From the human T2T-CHM13v2.0 reference genome, Homo sapiens, in the NCBI RefSeq assembly GCF_009914755.1, contig NC_060941.1: 64,000 nt of DNA; one strand, given 5' to 3'. The notes under the pieces are model-generated. The model worked only from the letters and a program-made list of their open reading frames with translations, was not told where the DNA came from and searched no databases. Position 1 is the first letter of the stretch, and the number at the start of each line of letters is the position of its first letter. A program made the position numbers and the translations under genes. Shown here one piece after another: positions 36,240-64,000 of the stretch.

Positions 36240-38779
36240 CTAGGAAAAAAAAAATCAGACAAGTAAATACGGTTTATGTGGTTAAAATTTTAAACTAAGC
36301 ATTATTCAAGTGAATAAGATGAGAACAGTAACAAACAAACATTGAGTAAGGTCACAAGTGAAAAATATCAGGAATTACATACAATGTATTTCGACAAAGA
36401 CCAAATCTAATGATGGAAAACAAGCCCAAGGCAACTTAAAAAATAAATAAATAAATAAATGTACTTAGCCTCTCCAATGCTTCAGGGCTATGTATTAAAT
36501 ATTTGGAAAAAGAGTAAAGAAGTCTCATCTGTCATGCTTACAACGAAGGCCGTTTATCTCTAGGACAGAAATTAGAAAATAAAAAACAACAAAAACATAA
36601 TACTAAGAGAACTCAAGATTAGATCCAGCATGAACCTGTATTGTGAGATGTCCTCATCTGCACGTAATTTAAGGATAGATAATGCATTTGAGTTTCAACA
36701 GATCATGAAATCAATTTGCTCTAGAGTAAAAACAAATCCAGAAGAAGGAATGTGGAGAAGTTGGACTGAACTGATTAAAAGGTAAAGGGATAGAATATAC
36801 TGCTTCTGATTATTCTAAAAAGTTTGTAAAGGACCTTTGCTTCAGCCCATGAAAGATTAGTTACTATGGGAATTGCCCTTCCACCATAAACAACCAGGAA
36901 ACTGGACAAAACATATAAAATAGCTGTTTTTCAGACATTGGATAACTGGCAGTGCAGACCTACAGTCCCAGAAACAAATGAGGTGAGCCTGCATTTGCTA
37001 GAGCTTTCCTAGAAGGAAATTCCCAGACTGCAGTACAGGGAAAAGAAATTCAAACACAGTCCAACGTCTTGCTGAGTTGATGAGACACAGATCAAAGTTC
37101 AGAGATGCTGACGGAGTTACGATTTGTAAAGCAAATTAACAAGAGCAAATGAAACCCAAGTAAGAAGAAGAAAGGAAAAAAAAAAAGATTAGAGCAGAAA
37201 CTGAGGAAAGAGAAAACAGGAAAACAATGGAGAAGAATGATGAAACCAAGAGCTGGTTCTATGAAAACAAATTTTCTTGAAGTCAAGAAAAAAAGAAGAC
37301 AGAACTCTCAGTATCAGAACTGAAAGAGGGGACGTCCCACAGACCCTATAGGTATTAAGAGGGGACGTCCCGCAGGTCCTACAGGTATTAAAGGGTGTGA
37401 AGAGGTATAGAACAACTTTTTGCCAATAAATTTCACAACTTAGATGAAACAAATTGCTTCAAAAACACAAACTACCCAAGATTACTCAGGAAGAAATAGA
37501 TAACTTCAATAGTTCTTTTTTTTTTTTGAGATAGTCTTGTTCTGTTGCCCAGGCTGGAGTGCAGTGGTACCATCTGGGCTCACCGCCACCTCCGCCTTCC
37601 GGGTTGAGGTAATTCTCCCGCCTCAGCCTCGCAAGTAGCTGGGATTATATGTGTGTGCCACCACGCCCAACTAATTTTTTTGTTTTTGAGACAGAGTACC
37701 ACTCTGTCGCCCAGGCTGGAGTGCAGTGGCGTGATCTCCACTCACTGCAACCTCCACTTCCGGGCTCAAGCGATTTTCCCGCCTCAGCCTCCTGAGTAGT
37801 TGGGATTACAAGCGTGCGCCACCACACCCGGCTAATTTTCTTTTGTATTTTTAGTAGAGACAGGGTTTCACCATGTTGGACAGGCTGGTCTCAAACTCCC
37901 GCCTCAGCCTCTCTAAGTGCTGGAATTACAAGCATGAGCCACCATGCGTGACAGAGAAATAGATAACTTGAATAGTTCTCTATCAATTAAAGAAACTGAA
38001 TTTGTATTAACTTTCCAGACCCAAGTCACTTCACTAGTGAATTCTACTAAACATTTAAGGAAGAAATAATATTAATTATATGCAAACTCTTCCAAAAAAT
38101 ATTAAAGAGGGAACACTTCCCCAACTCATCTTATAAGGCCAGTATTACATCAACAAATCATATCATTTCTTTTTTTTTTTTTTTGAGACACAGTCTCACT
38201 CTGTCACCCAGGCTGGAGTGCAGTAGCACGATCTAGGCTCGCTGCAAGCTCCACCTCCTGAGTTCAGGCCATTATCCTGCCTCAGCCTCCCGAGTAGCTG
38301 GGACTACAGGCGCCCACCACGACGCCCGGCTATTTTTTTTTTATTATTATTTTTATTTTTAGTAGAAACGGGGTTTCACCATGTTAGCCAGGATGGTCTC
38401 GATCTCCTGACCTCGTGATCCGTCCACCTCGGCCTCCCGAAGTGCGGGGATTACAGGGGTGAGCCACCGCACCTGGCCTTATTTCTTATAATGATAAGAA
38501 AGGTATAGACCAGGTATCCTTCATGAACATAAGATATAAAAATCCTTAACAAGGGAGGGTAGGCTGGGAAAAGGGAAGATGTTGGTGGGAGGGCACAAAG
38601 TTTCAGACAGCAGGAATAAGTTTTAGTTTTTAGCATAGCATGTTGACTATAGTTAATAATGACATATTACATATTTCAAAATTGCTAAAAGATTAGACTT
38701 AAAATGTTCTCACCACACAAAAAATTGGGTGAGGCATATGTTAGTTAGTTTGATTGAATCATTTAACAATAAATACATA

Positions 38780-40098
<1,319 letters not shown>

Positions 40099-40143
40099 TA
40101 TATTAAAACATCACCTTGTACCCCCCAAAAAATACAACTATTA

Positions 40144-40356
<213 letters not shown>

Positions 40357-41180
40357 TCAGGAGGCTGAGACAGGAGAATTGCTTGAACCCGAGAGGCAGA
40401 GGTCACAGTGAGCTGAGATGGTGCCACTCCACTCCAGCCTGGGCAACAGAGTAAGACTCTAACTTAAAAAAAAAAAATTAATTAATTTAAAAAATAATAA
40501 AATAAAAGGTATATAAAAAAGGCTTTAAAATCCTTAATAAAATACTAGTAAATTTAATCCAGCAATATATAAAAAGAATAATACATTATAACCAAGGGGC
40601 ATTTACTACAAGAAGGCAAGGCTGGTTTAATATTCAAAAATCAATATCTATAAGTCACTGTATTAATGGACTAAAAAGGACAAACCACATTATCACCTCA
40701 ATAGACTAGAAAAAGCATTTGGAAAAAGTCAATGCTTTTTCATGACAAAACTCATCATTCATGATTAAAAACTCTAAACAGACTAGAAATAGAAGAAAAC
40801 TTCCTCAACCTAATAAAGTGAATCTAAGAAACAAACAAAACCCCCAAACCAAAAAACTCTGTAACAGCCAACATCATCATGGTCAAAGTATAATAAAACT
40901 GCCTTAAGATTGGGAATGATGCAAGATGGCCACTCTTCACCACTTCTATTCAAAATTGTGCTGGAGATCCTAGTCAGTACAAGTAAGGCAAGAAAAAGAA
41001 ATAAAATGCATACAAACTGAAATGAAAGAAGTAAAACTGCCTTTACTTCTGCCTTTACATCACAGAAGACATGGTCTTCTACGCAGAAAATTCCATGAAA
41101 TCTAGGAAAAACCTATTAGAACTAATAAGTGAGTTCAGCAAGGCCACAGAATGAAAGGTCAACACAAAATCAATTGTTGG

Positions 41181-43907
<2,727 letters not shown>

Positions 43908-45746
43908 TTAAAATTTTAAAATGCCATTTACGGTAGCATGAAAATACATAAAATACTTAGGAATAAAGTTCGTATAATGTGTGTAAAGGTGAAAGATATT
44001 GAAGACCTAAATAAATGAACAGCTAAACCAGGTTGGAATGGAAGACTCATTATTGTTAAGGTATCAATTCTTTCCAACTTGACCTATAAATTCAACACAA
44101 TCCCAACCATACATTTTCATGAAAATTGATAAACTGATGCTAAAATTTATATGGAAATGCAAAAGATTTCAAGTAGCTAAAACAAATTTTTTTCCATAAA
44201 GACAGGGTATGCCTATGTTGCACAGGCTGGTCTCAAACTCCTGGATGCAAGCAATCCTCCTGCCTCAGCCTCCCAACGTGCTGGGATTACAGGCGTGAGC
44301 CACCATGTCTGGCTTAAAACAATTTTGAAAACAAAAAACAAACAAAAAAAAACAAAGATAGAGGATTTATACTGCCAGATTTCAAGACTTCTACAAAGCT
44401 ATGATAATTCAGACCATATGGTACTGGCATAAGATAGACACAGATTAACAGAATGGAACAGAGTCCAGAAATAACTCACTTACACGGTCAGCTGATTTTA
44501 AACAAAGGCCACTAAAGGTTTGGTCTTTTTAAAAGAGATTTATAGAAATGGAAAGGCAACTATAGACTGGGAGGAAATACTTGCAAAACACATTTGACAA
44601 TGGACTGTATTCAGAATCTATAAAGAACTGCCAATCAGTAAGATTAATAAACCAATAAAAAGGAGATACAGGAATGGCCAATAAGCACATGCGGATACTC
44701 CCTATCACCAGCCACCAGAGAAATGCAAATTCCAATCATAATGAGATACCACTACCTACCCGTTAGAACAGATACATTTTTAAAAGGTGACAACAGTACC
44801 AAATGGTGTCAACGGAAACTCTCAGATATTGCTGGTGGGAATGTAAAATGCTGTATAGTCACTTTGAAAAGCAGCTTCTTAATAAAGTTAAACATACACT
44901 TACAACAGGACCAGGAGTCCTACTCTCAGGTATTTACTTAAGATGGAGGAAAATTTAATTAGACACAAAAAATTATAAGCAAATGTTCAGTTTTATTCCT
45001 ACTAGCCAAAACCTGGAAATGACCCAAATGTCCTTCAACTGGCAAATGGATGAACGAACTGTGGTATACTCAGCCTATTTAGCAACAAAAGGGACAGGCC
45101 ACTGACACAAAAAATCATGGATATGCTGCTACGTGAAAGAAAGCAGACAATCAAAACCTACATTTTCTATGACTCCATTTGTATGAAAAGTCTAGAACAC
45201 ACAAAACTGTTGTGACAGAAAGTACATCAGGGCTACAGGAAGCTGGGAGCAGAGTGTGGACAGACTGCAGAGGGGAACAGGAAACTTTTCAGGGTGATGG
45301 AAATGTTCCACATTTGTCTAAACTCATCCAACTGCACACTTAAATGGGAGTTACTCAAGTTTACCTCAGGACGACTGACTGAAATATATAAATTTATAAA
45401 TGGGATTATCTTATACCTTCAAATACACATAAAATAAGGTTAACCATATCGTAACGTTTTACATGTTTCCTTCTTGTTTTGTAACAGCTTAGCCAAACTA
45501 ACAATACATATTCTGTCTCCTGCTTTTCTCACTAAGCATTATAATCAACCTGTGTCATTCAAAATTCACCTAATCGCATTAAAAGGGAAATTTCAGATTA
45601 AGGGATATACATTCAATATTTAATTGTTTATATACAAAATGCCTACTACAAGATGAATTTTCAAGAATTTAATTTCAAGAATTTAAATTTCAAGAAATTT
45701 CAAGAATTTAAATTCTAAGAGAATTTAAGAGCCTCTAAAATCACCA

Positions 45747-45848
45747 ATTAGGTTAAAACTGTATGAAACTGACATTTTTATACATCAAAAACTGTTTTAT
45801 AGGTCAAAAACTATTGAAGACTGGCAATCTGGTATTTCGACCTCATAC
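45747..45848. mobile_element. Degenerate MADE2-like mariner MITE (second copy at ~48570-48671)
   Basis: ATTAGGTTAAAACTGTATGAAACTG...TAGGTCAAAAA...GGCAATCTGGTATTTCGACCTCATA resembles the recalled MADE2 termini and core. Confidence 0.6.
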
Positions 45849-46145
45849 ATTAAATAACATAAATGAAAAATCTAATTATTTTAAAAGTATGAAAAATACT
45901 ATTATATTACTTTAGAAACAGTGGGCATCAACAAATATTTTGTCTTCACTGTGAATTCAACAAGAGGTGACCACATCTATTTTTGTTTAGGCAATCCTTT
46001 TTCCCTTTGAAAATAAAGAAATAATTGTTATAGCTAAAACACTTTAAACAAACCCCGGTAAAGTTATTTAAAGGATAATAAATTTCATTTGGTGGTTTAA
46101 AAATGTTTAGAAGAAAAATAATATGTTCCCTTTAAGAAAGTATCA

Positions 46146-56702
<10,557 letters not shown>

Positions 56703-56779
56703 TGATTTTGTTTCCTATAATCATCTATACTACATAGACAGAAAAGAGGACAATACCGTATAGGAAAAAAATCTTCCCT

Positions 56780-57690
56780 ATCCAGGAATTCCACTTCTAG
56801 GTCTACATCCAAAGAAATGAAAGCAGGGTCTCCAGGAGATATTTATATACCCACATTCACACAGCATTATTCACAATAGCCAAAGGGTACAAGCAACCTA
56901 AGTATCTTCCATCAATAGATGAACGGATAAACGAAATGTGGCATATCAGCCTTAAAAAGGAAGAAAATTCTGAAATATGCTGCATCATGGAAGAACCTTG
57001 AAAACATGACGAAAAGTGAAAAAAGCCAGTCATAAAAGGACAAATACTGTATGATTCCATTTGTATGAAGTGCCTAGAGTAGTCAAGTTCATAGAGACAG
57101 ACAGCAGAATGATGGTTGCCAGGGGCTCAGGAAGGAGAGAATAGGAGGGATTTAACGAGTACAGAGTTACAGTTACAAAACATGAAGAGTTCTGGAGACT
57201 GCTTGTGCAACAGTGAGAATGTACTTCACATTACTAAACTATACTCTAAAATTTTAGATGGCGATACGGTTTGGATTTGTGTCCCCGCCCAAATCTCATG
57301 TCAAACTGTAATCTCTAGTGTTGGCGACGGGGCCTGCTGGGAGGTGACTGGATCCTGAGGGCAGATTTCCCCTTGCTGTTCTGGTGACAGTGAGTGAGAT
57401 CTCACTAGATCTGGTTGTTTAAGTGTGTAGCACCTCCTCCTTCCCTCTCTTCCTCCTCCTCTGGCCACGTAATGATGTGCCTGCTTCCCCTTCACCTTCC
57501 GCCATGATTGTACGTTTCCTGAGACTTCCCCAGCCGTGCTTCCGGTACAGCCTGTGGAACTGTGAACTAATTAAGCCTCTTTTCTTTACAAATTACTCAG
57601 TCTCAGGTATTTCTTTATAGCAGTGTGAGAATGGACTAATACAGATGGTAAATTTTATGTTACGTGTATTTACCACAATAATAATAATAA
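56780..57690 (+). mobile_element. L1MB-like 3' end interrupted by an MST LTR
   Basis: GCAGCATTATTCACAATAGCCAAA...AAAGGACAAATACTGTATGATTCCA; resumes with GTAAATTTTATGTTACGTGTATTTACCACAAT. Confidence 0.82.
57262..57643 (+). mobile_element. MSTA/MSTB (ERVL-MaLR) solo LTR with 5-bp TSD GATGG
   Basis: GATACGGTTTGGATTTGTGTCCCCGCCCAAATCTCATG...CTCAGGTATTTCTTTATAGCAGTGTGAGAATGGACTAATACA. TSD at 57257-57261 and 57644-57648. Confidence 0.9.
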
Positions 57691-58066
57691 ATAAAACCTT
57701 CCCTATGTCCCAAAGCTAAATCCTTGGATTGAAAGCTCTTTTAGTTTTTGAACTACCATATTATCCATCATTTCAACAACATGTGGCAGGGTGAGAAGTC
57801 AAGCGAGACAAATAGCTCTTTTTGAGTACCTTATGTTGCTTAATGACAGGTGTGTTGTCCAAAATAATTAGCTTTCAAAAGGAATGGCCTTAACCCTCCT
57901 CTGCAACTGGTTAGTGATCTCAGTTTCCCTTCATTAAGTTCTTGACAGCTCAATGTCCTCACATCTGTCACTGGGAGACTGATTCCAAGAACCTAAACTG
58001 CTGAAAGGACGAGGCAACAAATTTATTCTGGTTCATGGGACAGAACTGAACCCATCTGTTTTCTAA

Positions 58067-58992
<926 letters not shown>

Positions 58993-59015
58993 CTATGTTG
59001 TAAAAACAGACTTAC

Positions 59016-59158
59016 CTTAATCTTTTTTTAAGTTGTAGACTGTCATGGATGATCCTTTTAACAAACTCTAATTCACCTCCTTCTGCCATGATCTCTGTGA
59101 TGCCTCCTGTATTAACAGAACTAGGCGGAGGTCTTCGAGGATTTCGTGAGTTTACTCC
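59016..59158 (-). CDS. METTL16: METTL16 coding exon (exon 6, 143 nt): GVNSRNPRRPPPSSVNTGGITEIMAEGGELEFVKRIIHDSLQLKKRLR
   Basis: ORF 59012..59203 contains this peptide. Acceptor tttttcag|GG and donor AAG|gtaagt. Confidence 0.97.
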
Positions 59159-59544
59159 CTGAAAAACAACAAAAAACCCTGGTGAAAAATGTGTACACCC
59201 CAAGAACCAAGTTTGAATGTAATCTATCTCTAAGTTAGAATGTTTAGTTGCAATTTTTACTTTCCAAATAGTATGCTAGATTTAGGATTTTAAAATCATA
59301 GCCACTAAAATATTTTATTTCAAACAGCTACTTCATGCAACTATTTCTTCCCAGGTCTTTTACTTTCCATTTTTGTGGTTAAACATGAAAATTGTTTACC
59401 TTTTTATAAAGCCCAATCTGTCACTTTTTCTTTATGCTTTCTTTCTCCTGTACAGAAGATCCACCCAAAGATTAAACAAATATTTACTTGTTTTTTCCTA
59501 GCATTTTCACGGTTTTGCTTTTCACATTTAAATATTTAATCCAC

Positions 59545-61027
<1,483 letters not shown>

Positions 61028-61377
61028 TTAACAGTAAAAACATTGATTTCCTTCCTAAGCCAAGAAGCTCAGTCCAGGAGTGGACTATGACCTGAGTTGG
61101 TCCAATGAGAAGAAAATCAAATGTTCAATGGTTTAGGGAAGAAAAAAGCTCTCTCCTCACCCTCCCACCCTCTAAATATTGCTGTACCACAAGTAAACCA
61201 GCTTAAGAACAAAAACAACCATAGAACAAGTCACAGCCAAGAGAAAAACAGAGCTCTTAATACTGCCAACACCTTAATCAAGTCATTATGAAATCCCAAC
61301 TACTGCTGGGTTTCTCAAATATGTCAGCCAATGAACTTTCTTTGTCGTTAAGTCAATCTAAATTGGGTTTTTAGGTA

Positions 61378-62000
61378 CAGGACTCCTCGGTATCTGAGGA
61401 AGATCTGCCTTAGATACCAAAATCCAAGGAAGCTCAAGTCCCTTTTATCACATGGGGTAGGATTTGAATTTCACCTGCCCACATCATCTGGTATACTTTC
61501 AATAATTCCTAGATTAGTTATAATACCTTATACAATGTGAATGCTATGTAAAAATAGTGATACTGTATTTTTGTATTATTTTTCATTGTTACATTGTTAT
61601 TTTTTTTTGTTTTCTTTTTTTCCCAAAATATTTTTTTTTTGAGACAGGGTTACCGAGGCTGGAGTGCAGTAACACGATCCTGGCTCAATGCAACCTGCAC
61701 CTCCTGGGCTCAAGCCTTCCTCCCACCTCAGCCTCCCAAGTAGCTGGGTCTACAGGCACACGCCATAGTGCCTGGTTAATTGTTTTTGTAGTTTTTGTAG
61801 AGACAGGGCTTCACCACGTTGCCCAGGCTGGTTTTGAACTCCGAGCTCAAGCTATCCACCCACCTCAGCCTCCCAAAGTACTGGGATTACAAGTGTGAGT
61901 CACCGTGCAAGCTTCCCAATGCTTTCAATGCATGGCTGGCTGAATCCACGATGCGGAACCCACAGGTGTAGGACCTGTGGATACAGAGAGCCGAAAGTAC
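61378..62000 (-). mobile_element. Tigger4-type element interrupted by an Alu (61630-61912)
   Basis: ATACCAAAATCCAAGGAAGCTCAAGTCCCTT...TGAATCCACGATGCGGAACCCAC, the reverse orientation of the element at 520-822. Confidence 0.65.
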
Positions 62001-62237
62001 TTCAAACCAAAAGCCCCCTAACTGGTATACAGCTTTCAAAAGCGAGGCACTGCAGCACACGCCTATGGCCTCAGCTACTAGGGGAGCTGACGGGCGGGGG
62101 ACTGCTTGAGTCCGGATGTTCAAGACCAGCTTGAGCAACACAGCGAGACCTCATCTCAAATATATTAATTTAAAAAATAGTAAGTTAATTTTTTAAAGTT
62201 TTCTTTGCTCTTATCTGTGCAAATAAGGCAAATTTAG

Positions 62238-62535
<298 letters not shown>

Positions 62536-62570
62536 TATATTCAATTATTTTAAAGCAGAAGACATTTTAC

Positions 62571-62686
62571 CTTGGCTTCCAATTGATTGGCAAAAAAGGG
62601 AGGGTTGCACATGCAAAAGTCATAGATTATCTCAGATTCTTCTTTAAGAGCATCCATCAGGAGTGTCTTCTGTGGCACTTTCACCA
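62571..62686 (-). CDS. METTL16: METTL16 coding exon (exon 5, 116 nt): (V)VKVPQKTLLMDALKEESEIIYDFCMCNPPFFANQLEAK, with the K163 loop and NPPF catalytic motif (62595-62606)
   Basis: Manual translation matches recalled METTL16 residues ~157-195. Acceptor ttttctcctag|TG and donor AAG|gtaaaa. Phase is compatible with the next exon. Confidence 0.97.
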
Positions 62687-62742
62687 CTAGGAGAAAAAAC
62701 AGGACTGTGAACTAATATTAATGTTGCAGTGGTTCTAAAGTA

Positions 62743-63063
62743 TAACCGCGCACTGCGTAATGATTCTTTGGTCAACTGCATATATGATGGTGGTCCCGTA
62801 AGATTATAACACCACATTTTTACTGTACCTTTTCTATGTTTGATATGCTTAGATAGACAAATACCATTGTGCTAAAATGGCCTTCAGTATTCAATACAGT
62901 GACATACTGTTCAGGTTATAGCCTAGGAGCCACAGGCTATTACACATAGGCCCAGGTGTGTAGTAGGCTACACCATTCAGGTGTGTGTGAGCACACACTA
63001 CGATGAATCACCTAACAATGCATTTCTCAGAATATATCCCTGCTGTTAAGTAAGGTGTGACTG
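62743..63063 (+). mobile_element. Tigger3a/MER7A MITE ~55 nt upstream of the exon 5 acceptor
   Basis: GGTGGTCCCGTAAGATTATAAC...TCACCTAACAATGCATTTCTCAGAAT...GTGACTG-TA. Confidence 0.8.
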
Positions 63064-63069
63064 TATGTC

Positions 63070-64000
<931 letters not shown>

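Overview
Human genomic DNA (human-specific AluYa5 and a hominid SVA are present). It contains the 3' half of METTL16 (U6 snRNA / MAT2A m6A methyltransferase, 17p13.3) on the minus strand. Six coding exons are resolved by GT-AG boundaries and translation: 62571-62686, 59016-59158, 36170-36239, 32789-32878, 15416-15589 and 14655-15281 (exons 5-10 by my recollection of the reference model; residues ~157-562, including the NPPF catalytic motif and both VCR domains). A ~3.9 kb 3'UTR follows, ending near tandem AATAAA signals at ~10.75 kb and containing an inverted Alu pair. The rest is very repeat-dense: roughly 80 Alu copies or fragments, fragmented old L1s, an MST solo LTR, Tigger3/Tigger4, MADE2 and a MER85 fragment. 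The best oddities are a three-level L1>Alu>SVA nest with intact TSDs, a 104-bp direct duplication flanking an Alu, a ~195-bp dispersed duplication, a G-rich 104-bp tandem duplication, a fold-back palindrome inside an Alu, two stop-free in-frame candidate cassette exons, and splice signals for a minus-strand transcript downstream of the poly(A) site. I see no convincing wholly new biological system; these are testable regulatory and structural hypotheses.
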